From Vicinamibacteria bacterium (lineage in GTDB: Bacteria > Acidobacteriota > Vicinamibacteria > Marinacidobacterales > Marinacidobacteraceae): a DNA stretch of 64,000 bases. Below the pieces are notes generated by a model, which saw only the letters and a program-made list of their open reading frames with translations, ran no database searches and was not told the DNA's origin. The stretch is from assembly GCA_963555995.3 (NCBI GenBank), contig OY821641.1, positions 1,760,001 through 1,824,000 on the forward strand, given 5' to 3'. Below, in pieces: positions 18,361 through 27,014 of this stretch. Position 1 is the first letter of the stretch; every line of letters begins with the position of its first letter. Made by a program: the position numbers and the translations under genes.

Positions 18361-21302
18361 TGCAGGACACGAGGCCGGCATACCCAACGCTGGCGGCACT
18401 CGCGGCTCGCGCGGGTACGTCCGTACCCTGCGCCGGCAACCTGCCGGTGAAACTCGACGACCCGGACGGCGTCTGGTTCATCGAACGGGGTTCGGTCCAT
18501 CTGTTCGTGGTCGAACTCGAGGACGGGGAGGAGTGCGCGGCGCCCCAACATCTGCTGCGTCGAGAAGCGGGCTGGCTGCTGCCGGGCGTCGCGCCGAGCG
18601 GAGGAGAAGATGACGAAGGCACGACGCTCAGCCTGATCGCCAAGGGGTTGCCGGGCACCCTGCTGAAGCGCCTGCCGGCGTCCCTGCTCTCGGAGCTGGA
18701 TCCGGCAGAACTGGCGGAACAGACGGACACCTGGTTGACCGCCGTCACCGACACGCTCGCCCGCTTCGCGGCCCGCCTGCCGCGGGCGACCGCGCTGGCC
18801 GAACCCGGCCGGACGCGGACCCTGGCGCCCGGCACGGTTTCCGTACGGCGGGGGGTGGTCTGGGTGTCCGGTCCGCCGCGCGGCGCCAGCCTGTTCATGG
18901 GGATCGTGGACCCGCTGGAATTCGCCGGGACGAGCGACCGGGAGGAAGCTCCGATGCCGTTGACGCGGACGAGCTGGCTCAGCCTGTTCGACGAGGCGAC
19001 CCTTGCCGGCGAATCCACCGCGTCCCTGGTGCGGCAAGGCATGCTGCTGCCCGCGCTCGCCGCCTTTCATGCGGTGGCGTTCTCCCTCGAACGCCACAAC
19101 CGGCGACTGGCCACGGTTGATGACGCGAATCTGGAACGCGCGCGGACGAGCAGTCGCCGCCGGGCCGCGAGGACGGCGCGGGAGCGGCTCTTCAACATCT
19201 ATGACCTTCCGACGGGCCGGGATGCCGGGGTCGAGGACAGGGCGCTGGCGGATGCCCTTCAGATCATCGGCCGCCGCGAAGGAATCGCGTTCCGGATTCC
19301 CGCGCGCTCAGCGCATTCGGATTCGCCGCTCAGCCTGTTGGACGTCCTCGATGCCTCCGGGGTCCGCGCCCGGCGCGTGCGCTTCAAGGCCGAGGGCGAC
19401 TGGTGGCACGGCGACAGCAACGCGCTGCTGGCGTTCCGAGCCGAGGACGGCCGGCCCGTAGCGCTCCTGCCGGGACTCTTCGGCCGCTACCGGGAAGTGG
19501 ATCCGGTCAGCAAGCGACGGGGCCGGATCAACGCGGACCGCGCCGCCGCGCTGGGCGAGGAAGCCTGGATGTTCTATCGGCCCTTCCCCTCGGGCAACGT
19601 CGAGCCGGCGGACCTGCTGCGAACGGCTCTCCATGGATCGGGCGTGGACCTCGCGCGGCTGGTGATCGCCGGGCTTCCCGGCGGTCTGATCAAGCTGGCG
19701 CCGGCGCTCGGGCTCGGATTCGTGGCGCACCAGGTCACGGCGGGCGGAACCGCCGGAGCGCTCTATGCCGTGGCCGCGACGGTGGCGGCGTTCGGCCTGC
19801 TCGGCGCGCTGCTCCACCTGCTGCAGAGCACGGCGATGATGCGGCTCGAGGGACGGTCGGCGTCGCGGGTGGAAGCCGCTTTCTGGGACCGCCTCATGCG
19901 GCTCTCGCCAAGCATCCTGCGGCGCCATCCGGCCGGCGACCTCGCCATGTCGGGAATGACGTTCCAGAACCTGCGCGACGGCCTGCGGGGGATCGTCGCC
20001 GACAGCCTGCTGTCGGTCCTTTTCCTGCTTCCGGTGCTCGGCGTCATCTTCTTCTACGACACCGGTCTCGGGGCCATTGCCCTCGGTTTCAGCCTGGTGT
20101 CGCTGCTGATCACCGCAGTCCTGGGCTGGCGCCAGATTGCGCCCTACGGGCGGATGGTCGCTACCGCCCGCCGCGTAGCCGGCCGGCTCTTCCAGATCGT
20201 GGGCGGGATCACCAAGCTGCGGGTGGAGAGCGCCGAAGGCTCGGCGTTCGCGGTCTGGGCGCAGGACTATCGCGAGCAGAAACGCGCGGAACTCGACCTG
20301 AGCGCGCTCGAAGGACACTCCCGAGCCTTCGGCGCCGCGCTTCCCTTTCTCGCCGGCGGGGTTCTGCTCTTCGCCGTGGTGGCGCTGGGCGACCGGAACG
20401 TCCCGGTCGGCGACTTCCTGGTCGTGTACACCGTCTTCATCGCTTTCCAGTCCGCGGTGGCCCAACTCGCCGAATCCTTCGGCGCCATCGCCGCCATGGC
20501 GCCGGCGTTCCGGCAGATGCGTCCCCTGCTCACCACGGTTCCCGAAACCGAGGGCGAGGGAGAGCCCGTTGACCACCTGGGGGGCGAGGTCCTCTTCGAC
20601 CGCGTTTCCTTCCGCTACGACCCGGACGGACCCCTGATTCTCGACGACGTCACCCTTCGCGCCCGTCCCGGCGAATTCGTCGCGATCACCGGTGAGTCCG
20701 GCGCGGGCAAGAGCACCCTGTTCCGGCTCGCGCTCGGCATTGACCGGCCCAGCGCCGGGGCCGTGTACTTCGACGGACGCGATCTGCGGCACCTGAACCT
20801 GAAGCAGGTGCGCCGGCAGATCGGCGCCGTACCGCAATCCGTCAAGCTCCATCCCCTCGACCTCTGGGACAACCTGGTCAGTCACCACGAAGGCGTGACG
20901 AACGAGGAAGTGTGGAAAGCGGTCCGGGTGGCCCAGGTCGAAGCCGAAATCAAGAGTATGCCCATGGGTCTGATGACCATGGTGGGCACCAGCGGGGCGG
21001 TCCTGTCGGGCGGCGAAAGCCAGCGCGTCACCATCGCTCGCTCGGTGATCGGCAGTCCGCGCATCATGCTGTTCGACGAGGCGACCAACTGGCTCGACAA
21101 CGAAAGCCAGGCAAAGGTCATGGAGAACCTCGCCGCCCTGACCTCCACGCGGCTCGTGATCGCCCACCGCCTGTCCACGCTGGAAGCGGCCGACCGCATC
21201 TACGTCCTGAAGGCCGGCAAGGTGGTCGAGAGCGGCTCCTTCACCGAACTCATGGAAGCCGAGGGAGCATTCCAGGAACTGATCAAGAGGCAGATCGCTT
21301 GA
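18360..21302 (+). CDS. Second NHLP ABC transporter subunit (cNMP-binding-like N-terminus, TM domain, ATPase)
   Basis: VWFIERGSVHLF, GVRARRVRF..DWW..D..ALLAF, GESGAGKST, LSGGESQR, FDEATNWLDNESQ; overlaps preceding stop. Confidence 0.92.
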   Translation: MQDTRPAYPTLAALAARAGTSVPCAGNLPVKLDDPDGVWFIERGSVHLFVVELEDGEECAAPQHLLRREAGWLLPGVAPSGGEDDEGTTLSLIAKGLPGTLLKRLPASLLSELDPAELAEQTDTWLTAVTDTLARFAARLPRATALAEPGRTRTLAPGTVSVRRGVVWVSGPPRGASLFMGIVDPLEFAGTSDREEAPMPLTRTSWLSLFDEATLAGESTASLVRQGMLLPALAAFHAVAFSLERHNRRLATVDDANLERARTSSRRRAARTARERLFNIYDLPTGRDAGVEDRALADALQIIGRREGIAFRIPARSAHSDSPLSLLDVLDASGVRARRVRFKAEGDWWHGDSNALLAFRAEDGRPVALLPGLFGRYREVDPVSKRRGRINADRAAALGEEAWMFYRPFPSGNVEPADLLRTALHGSGVDLARLVIAGLPGGLIKLAPALGLGFVAHQVTAGGTAGALYAVAATVAAFGLLGALLHLLQSTAMMRLEGRSASRVEAAFWDRLMRLSPSILRRHPAGDLAMSGMTFQNLRDGLRGIVADSLLSVLFLLPVLGVIFFYDTGLGAIALGFSLVSLLITAVLGWRQIAPYGRMVATARRVAGRLFQIVGGITKLRVESAEGSAFAVWAQDYREQKRAELDLSALEGHSRAFGAALPFLAGGVLLFAVVALGDRNVPVGDFLVVYTVFIAFQSAVAQLAESFGAIAAMAPAFRQMRPLLTTVPETEGEGEPVDHLGGEVLFDRVSFRYDPDGPLILDDVTLRARPGEFVAITGESGAGKSTLFRLALGIDRPSAGAVYFDGRDLRHLNLKQVRRQIGAVPQSVKLHPLDLWDNLVSHHEGVTNEEVWKAVRVAQVEAEIKSMPMGLMTMVGTSGAVLSGGESQRVTIARSVIGSPRIMLFDEATNWLDNESQAKVMENLAALTSTRLVIAHRLSTLEAADRIYVLKAGKVVESGSFTELMEAEGAFQELIKRQIA

Positions 21303-22606
21303 CGTCCATCAAGAAACCGACGGACGTCGCCGACTCTCTCCTCGCGAGAGCCGCCGAGGACAGCGACTTTCGCGGACGCCTGCTAGCGGAACCCAACGCG
21401 ACGGTGGAAACGGAACTCGGCGTGCGGCTTCCCGCCGGCCACGAGATTCACGTGCACGAGGAGTCCTATGCGGAGACCCACCTGGTGCTTCCGCCGCGCA
21501 GCAGACTCACCGCGGCCGAACGGCAGGAGGCGCAGACGGGCGCGGCGTCGCTCGCGTTTCTCAGGAAGACGCTCCACGACCCCGCGCCGCCGCTGCGTCC
21601 CCCGGCCCCCAGGCGGGCGTGGGCCCACCCGGGCGCGAGTCCCGCGGCCCTCGCGGAAGCGGCGCGGACGAGCATCCGCCGGGGTCTCGATTTCCTCGAG
21701 TCCACGACCGACGCGAACGGGGCGTTTCACTGCATCCGGTTCAACGTCGCCGATCCGGACATTCCACGGCATTTCGAACGGCCGCCCTTCGTTTCGGCCT
21801 TCTGCGCACTGGCCCTCGAACGCTGCGCCGACGCGCGGGCCCGGGCCATGTGCGCCGCCGCCCGGGCCTACCTGGCCGACACCATCGAACATCCCGGTTT
21901 GTGGCGGTACTACCGCCATCTCCCCCAGGACCTCGACAGCACGGCGCTCGCCTCCATGGTCACCGGGACCCACCCCTGGATCCTGCTGGGGAAGAACGTG
22001 CCGCCGATCCTGGCGAATCGCGACGAGGAAGGCCGTTTCCTGACCTGGGTGCTCGCGGCAGACGAACCGGACGTGGTGTCCACGTTCCGCATCGAAGCCG
22101 ACCCGGTGGTCAATGCGAACGTCATCGCCTACCTTGGCGACCATCCGGAAACCAGGGATGCGCGGCGCTGGCTGGAACGTCTCATCGCCGAAGGCAACGT
22201 CGAGGGCGCATCCAAGTGGTACCCCGACCGGGTCGCGACCTACTACGCGGCGGCGCGGGCGGCGGCGCGCGTCCGGCCGGCGCTGGACCCGCTGCGGCCG
22301 CACCTCGCGGACCGCATCCTGGAGCTCCGTGACGACCGGGGCGAGTTCGGCAACGTCCTGCAGACCGCCCAGGCGGTGTCGGCGCTCCACGACGTCGGTG
22401 GCCTGGAGCGCGTTGACGCGCATCGCCAGGTGGAAGCGCTGGTGGGTTCGCAACACGAGGACGGGAGTTGGCCGGAGCTGCTCGCGTTCGGTGACCAGAC
22501 GCTGAAGTGGGGCGCGGTAGGGCAGATCGGGCATGGGTCGGAAGCCGTGACCTCCGCGTTAAGCATCGAAGCGCTGGAGCGGCTCGTCGAAGTCCTGAAC
22601 GCTTGA
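21299..22606 (+). CDS. NHLP-leader domain fused to a class II terpene cyclase/prenyltransferase-beta-like (alpha/alpha barrel) domain
   Basis: Start re-called at TTG 21299 (TTGA overlap). N-terminal ~80 aa ARAAEDSDFRGRLLAEP..ELGV.LP....I.VHEE....HLVLPP aligns by eye with the precursor; then RRGLDFL, GLWRYY, DLDSTA, DPVVNANV, SQHEDGSWP (QW-like motif). Confidence 0.78.
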   Translation: MTSIKKPTDVADSLLARAAEDSDFRGRLLAEPNATVETELGVRLPAGHEIHVHEESYAETHLVLPPRSRLTAAERQEAQTGAASLAFLRKTLHDPAPPLRPPAPRRAWAHPGASPAALAEAARTSIRRGLDFLESTTDANGAFHCIRFNVADPDIPRHFERPPFVSAFCALALERCADARARAMCAAARAYLADTIEHPGLWRYYRHLPQDLDSTALASMVTGTHPWILLGKNVPPILANRDEEGRFLTWVLAADEPDVVSTFRIEADPVVNANVIAYLGDHPETRDARRWLERLIAEGNVEGASKWYPDRVATYYAAARAAARVRPALDPLRPHLADRILELRDDRGEFGNVLQTAQAVSALHDVGGLERVDAHRQVEALVGSQHEDGSWPELLAFGDQTLKWGAVGQIGHGSEAVTSALSIEALERLVEVLNA

Positions 22607-22612
22607 CCGCCT

Positions 22613-24922
22613 GTGGAAGACGTCACGCCCCGGCAAGGGATCCTCACCCGGACCACCCCCGCCGACCGGGGCCTCGTCAGGCTTCCGGCGCTGACGCCGC
22701 ATCTGGATTTCCGCGACATTGGCGAAGGGCGGACCCTGCTGGTCTCCGAATCGTTCAACACCCTGTTGCACGGTGAGCTGTTTGCCGCTCTCCTGCCGCT
22801 GCTCGACGGCCGCCGTTCGTGCGAGGAGATCGTCGCGGCCGTGGAGGGGACCCATGCCGCGGTGGATGTCCTCACCGCGCTGGCTTCGCTGTCCGCCAGG
22901 GGTTACGTCGTCTCGGGCGACCATGCGCTGGACCGGCGCCGGGCGGCCTACTGGTCGTCGCTCGGCGCGTCGCCGCGCTGGGTCGAGGCGCGGCTGGCGG
23001 AGTCGCGCCTCGCGGTCGAAGGCGACGACGGCCGGTTCACCCGGCGCCTCGAGGAGAACGGCGCCGCGCTCGGGCCCGGGGATCCCGACCTCACCGTGGT
23101 GGTCTGCGACGACTACCTCGAACCGCGCCTCGCCGAGGTGAATCGGCGCCGGCTCGAGGCGGGAGCGCCGTGGGCCGTGGTGCGGCCGCGCGGCATGGAG
23201 GCGCTGTTCGGGCCCGTCTTCCGGGCGGATCGTCGAGGGCCCTGCTGGGATTGTCTCGCCCATCGTCTCGGCGCTCATCGGGAAGTCCACCGTTTTCTCC
23301 GGAGCGTCGCGGGCGAGAAAGCCGCCTTCAGGCCCTTCGCCGCCCAGCCCGCCGTTCTCGAAGCGCTCTACGGGCTGATCGCGGCGGAGATCGTCAAGTG
23401 GATCGTGCTGCGCGACGCGGCGCCGATCCACGACCACGCGCTCACCGTGAACGTCGGCGCCTTCGGAACTTCGCGACACCCGGTGCGCCGCCGGCCGCAG
23501 TGCCGGGCCTGTGGTGATCCGGCGCTCCATCGCCCGGACCGGCCGCCGGTTCCGCTCGCTCTGCAACCGAGCCCCAAGACGCATCGCACGAGCGGCGGCG
23601 CGCGCTCCGTGGCGCCGGAAGTCACCCTGGCGAAGTACGGCCACCTCGTGAGCCCGATCAGCGGGGTGGTGACCTGGTTGCGGCGCACCACGGACGCGAG
23701 CGATTCCTGGCTGCACGTCCACTGGGCCGGCAGCAACCCGGCCATCACGAGCCGGAGCCTGAGTTCGCTCCGGCGCAGCCTGCGCAGCAAGAGCGCCGGC
23801 AAGGGCAGCACCGCGGAGCAATCCCGGGTGAGCGCGCTGTGCGAAGCCATCGAGCGCACTTCGGGCGCCCATGCCGGTGACGAGATCCGTACCCGCGGGC
23901 GGTTCACCGAGTTCGCCGGAGAAGACGAAGCGATCCATCCCAACGACGTGCAACTGTTCAGCGACCACCAGCTCGACAACGCGGCGGACATCAACGCGAA
24001 GGGCCATCCTTACAACATCGTGCCGCCGCTGTTCGACCCCGACGCCCGCATCGCCTGGACCCCGGTGTGGTCGCTGACGCAGCAGCGGCACCGCTTTCTG
24101 CCGACGTCCATGCTCTATTCCATGCCGGCCGAAGCGCGCGGGCCGCAAGACCTGATCGCCGATTCGAACGGCTGCGCCGCGGGCAACACGGTGGAAGAAG
24201 CGATCCTGCAGGGCTTTTTCGAACTGGTCGAGCGCGATGCGTTCGCCATCTGGTGGTACAACCGGCTGCGCGTACCGGCGGTTGACCTGTCCAGCTTCGA
24301 CGACGACTACCTCGCCTCGGCCCCGGACTACTACGCCCGTCGCGAGAGGGAGGTGTGGGTGCTCGACGTCACCTCGGATCTCGGCGTTCCCGCGTTCGTC
24401 GCGCTCTCGCGCCGGCCGTCCGCCCCCACCGAGGACATCATCTACGGCGCCGGCGCCCACGACGACCCGCGCATCGCGGCGCTGCGGGCGATCTGCGAAC
24501 TGAACCAGTGCCTCACCTGGCTGCCGGACCCCGGGAAGCGCGACGGCCGGCCCACGATTGATGACCCGCTGGCGCTTCGGTGGTGGAAGACCGGGCGGCT
24601 CGCGGACTGTCCCTGGTTGGCGCCGGCCGCCAGCCAGCCGCCCTCGACGGCCTCCCGGTATGCGGCGGTCCCGTCAACGGATACCCGCGAGGACGTGGAG
24701 CGGTGCCGCGCGCTCGTCGAAGCCAGGGGCATGGAGTTCCTGGTGCTGGACCAGACCCGGCCCGACATCGGAATGCCGGTGGTGCGGGTCATCGTGCCGG
24801 GGATGCGCCATTTCTGGGCGAGGTTCGCTCCCGGGCGCCTCTACGACGTGCCGGTCAGCATGGGCCGCCGGGAACATCCGCTTGCCGAAGCGGATCTGAA
24901 CTCCGTCCCGGTGATCGCGTGA
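22613..24922 (+). CDS. srpC: Fused TOMM cyclodehydratase (leader-binding/E1-like + YcaO), SrpC-like
   Basis: GPCWDCL and PQCRACG, HLVSPISGVV, SAGKG, ALCEAIERTS, SNGCAAGNTVEEAILQGFFELVERDA, VVRVIVPGMRHFW, C-terminal NSVPVIA; srp name recalled from literature, orthology untested. Confidence 0.92.
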   Translation: MEDVTPRQGILTRTTPADRGLVRLPALTPHLDFRDIGEGRTLLVSESFNTLLHGELFAALLPLLDGRRSCEEIVAAVEGTHAAVDVLTALASLSARGYVVSGDHALDRRRAAYWSSLGASPRWVEARLAESRLAVEGDDGRFTRRLEENGAALGPGDPDLTVVVCDDYLEPRLAEVNRRRLEAGAPWAVVRPRGMEALFGPVFRADRRGPCWDCLAHRLGAHREVHRFLRSVAGEKAAFRPFAAQPAVLEALYGLIAAEIVKWIVLRDAAPIHDHALTVNVGAFGTSRHPVRRRPQCRACGDPALHRPDRPPVPLALQPSPKTHRTSGGARSVAPEVTLAKYGHLVSPISGVVTWLRRTTDASDSWLHVHWAGSNPAITSRSLSSLRRSLRSKSAGKGSTAEQSRVSALCEAIERTSGAHAGDEIRTRGRFTEFAGEDEAIHPNDVQLFSDHQLDNAADINAKGHPYNIVPPLFDPDARIAWTPVWSLTQQRHRFLPTSMLYSMPAEARGPQDLIADSNGCAAGNTVEEAILQGFFELVERDAFAIWWYNRLRVPAVDLSSFDDDYLASAPDYYARREREVWVLDVTSDLGVPAFVALSRRPSAPTEDIIYGAGAHDDPRIAALRAICELNQCLTWLPDPGKRDGRPTIDDPLALRWWKTGRLADCPWLAPAASQPPSTASRYAAVPSTDTREDVERCRALVEARGMEFLVLDQTRPDIGMPVVRVIVPGMRHFWARFAPGRLYDVPVSMGRREHPLAEADLNSVPVIA

Positions 24923-24931
24923 GGAGGCGAC

Positions 24932-26044
24932 ATGCAACTTGACGCGGCGGTCGCGCTGACGGAGAACCGCCTTGCGGAGGAGGGCGGCGTCCTGAGTGAC
25001 CTGCTCCGGCACTTCCGAGACCGGGTCTCACCGGTTCTCATCGGCGATCCGGAGTGGGAACTCGTCCTCGAGCGCGCCGGAAGACTTCCGATCACGATGG
25101 GCGCGCTTCCCTTCGGCTTCGAACTGCCGCTGCACGCGCAGGCGCCAAGGGCGGACCTGGGGGTCTCGCTGGCGAGCGGGACCAGAACGGCGGCGTTCTT
25201 CCTGGAACGCGCCCGGGACCCGAAGGACGCGACCGCGAGAGCGATTGGCCGGCTGTTCCGCCGGATGGATGCCGAGGACTCGCCGCTACGCGAGATCGTC
25301 GGCCGCAAGCTGATGCTGGAGTACGACATCGGCCCCGGACGGGGCGACGACGACTCGCTTCCCGGCATGTTCCTGCGGCCCGGGGAACGCCCGATCCTCG
25401 GCGCCCGCGGTCAGGTGAACGATGTCCGGCTGGTGGTGGACGCGCTCGCCTCCTGCGTCGGTTGGGAACTGACCGGCGCCGAGCGGCGAAACGTCGAGCG
25501 GGTGTACCTGGCGCAGCCCGAAGACACCCGCATGGATTCGTTCGGGGTGTTTCCCTCCCGCTCGCGGACGATCCGCCTCGCGGTGATGGGGTTCCAGTCA
25601 CCGGCGGCGTTCGCTTCCTGGCTCGAAGCGATCGGGTGGCCGGGTCGGCTGTCGGCCGCCAATTCCGTGATCGAACGCTTCCGGGAACGCGCGCACGTCG
25701 TCCGAACCGGGGCGAACCTCGACGTGCGGGATGCGGGTGTCGGCCCGACCCTCGGCCTGACGCTCATCGTCAAGCAGCGGTACACGAAAGGTTCCCGGTA
25801 CTGGCTCGACGGCCTCACCGACTGGGAACCGTTCCTGGAGGCCCTTGGCCATGAAGAACTCGTGTTTTCGGACAAGCTGGCCGCGCTCGCCGGCTGGGTT
25901 TCGAAGCCGACGACCCTCTTCGCGAAGTCCGGGCGCTATGTCCTGCTACGCGGAATCCATCACATCAAACTGGTCGTCTCCGAGAACCAGCTTCGCCAGG
26001 CCAAAGCCTACGTGTTCCTGGTGCTTTCCGGCGGAATCCCCTAG
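24932..26044 (+). CDS. Hypothetical RiPP tailoring protein, candidate PT-barrel (ABBA-like) prenyltransferase
   Basis: GAGGAGG RBS, co-linear with YcaO; alternating helix/beta-hairpin pattern GFELPL..ADLGV, LMLEYD, SFGVFPSR..IRL, NLDV..GPTLGL, HHIKL..AKAYVF; CDS is secure, function is inference. Confidence 0.5.
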   Translation: MQLDAAVALTENRLAEEGGVLSDLLRHFRDRVSPVLIGDPEWELVLERAGRLPITMGALPFGFELPLHAQAPRADLGVSLASGTRTAAFFLERARDPKDATARAIGRLFRRMDAEDSPLREIVGRKLMLEYDIGPGRGDDDSLPGMFLRPGERPILGARGQVNDVRLVVDALASCVGWELTGAERRNVERVYLAQPEDTRMDSFGVFPSRSRTIRLAVMGFQSPAAFASWLEAIGWPGRLSAANSVIERFRERAHVVRTGANLDVRDAGVGPTLGLTLIVKQRYTKGSRYWLDGLTDWEPFLEALGHEELVFSDKLAALAGWVSKPTTLFAKSGRYVLLRGIHHIKLVVSENQLRQAKAYVFLVLSGGIP

Positions 26045-26131
26045 AAACGGTGCGAGCCTCGGAGCGCCGTCAGCGCGGGTTTGCTGTGAAAATGCAGTCC
26101 CGGCGAAACGTCAGCCAGCGCAATGGGGCCA

Positions 26132-26337
26132 CCGGCCTGGAACGCCGGCTTCAGCCGGCACCCGCTGCGCGACAGCACAGCGCACGGCGCGACGTTGACC
26201 TGCGGGGTGGTTCTTTTTCTGCGCCGACCTGAACGGACCGGACGTTCCGGTAATAGCGTTCCGTACGGCCGAACCGCTACGCATCGCGCGCGGGCCTCCG
26301 GCCGGCGGTGCCGGCTGAAGCCGGCGTTCCAAGCCGG
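26132..26337. repeat. REPIN-like element inside the RiPP island
   Basis: CCGGCCTGGAACGCCGGCTTCAGCCGGCAC ... GTGCCGGCTGAAGCCGGCGTTCCAAGCCGG, ~30 bp inverted termini. Confidence 0.8.
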
Positions 26338-26450
26338 GCACGCCAAGTGACCGAACGGCCTCACGCTCTCTGCGAGCCGTGGCCCGGATGCCAGCGCGAG
26401 GCTGGCGCTCCTACCCGGTGAGGAAGCCGGCTAGCTGCCGGTTGTCGAAC

Positions 26451-26702
26451 CTACCAGCAGCAGCAAAGGCCGGCCGAGATCGCTTCGAGCTGCTCCTCGG
26501 TGATGTTCGGGTCCGGCGGTAGCGCGAGATGCACCGTCTGCATGTCGCTCTCGTGGACCTGGATGCTCATCGAATCCGGAATCGTGATGCCGAGTTCCGC
26601 GCTGATCGCGCCCTTCGGATCTGCCAGAAGCTGACGCCGGAAATCCGCGTCGAGGGCGGACTTGTCGACAATCTGCTGCAACATTTCGTCGCCGTTTCTC
26701 AT
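26451..26702 (-). CDS. srpE: NHLP-leader (proteusin) RiPP precursor, core LCCCW, SrpE-like
   Basis: DADFRRQLLADPKGAI.ELG..IP....VHE....HLALPP...TEEQLEAISAG|LCCCW; AAGGAGG RBS; double-glycine-type AG cleavage site. Confidence 0.95.
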   Translation of the reverse strand: MRNGDEMLQQIVDKSALDADFRRQLLADPKGAISAELGITIPDSMSIQVHESDMQTVHLALPPDPNITEEQLEAISAGLCCCW

Positions 26703-26743
26703 GGTGTGTCCTCCTTGATGTCAGGCGCGGGCCAACCGCGCCA

Positions 26744-26771
26744 CGTATAACAGGATTGAATAGTAACACAA
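26744..26771 (-). promoter_or_regulatory. Putative sigma70-type promoter of the precursor gene
   Basis: AT-rich patch; minus strand TTGTGT-16 nt-TATACG with TGn extension, ~42 nt upstream of ATG. Confidence 0.4.
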
Positions 26772-27014
26772 CGCTGTGGGAACGTCTGGTGAACCGCAAC
26801 CGCGGGCCTTCGCTTCCCGTGCCCGGGCCGGCGGTGAGGGACCGTCCGGCCTCCCGCCGCGCCCGAGCCCGCCTCCGGCAAACGACCGCCCGGCGCCGCC
26901 TCCGTGACCCGAAGGGCGATGGTGCTAGTGTGGTGCCCCGGAAATGGCGCACGCAGCACATCCGGGCATCCCGCGCGAGGGTCCACTGGCCGAACCCCGG
27001 GGAAGGCGTCGAGG

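Noticed and set aside
20912-21298. N-terminal extension of the NHLP-cyclase ORF
   Set aside because: Overlaps the ABC ATPase in another frame; the TTGA overlap at 21299 matches the start of the NHLP homology
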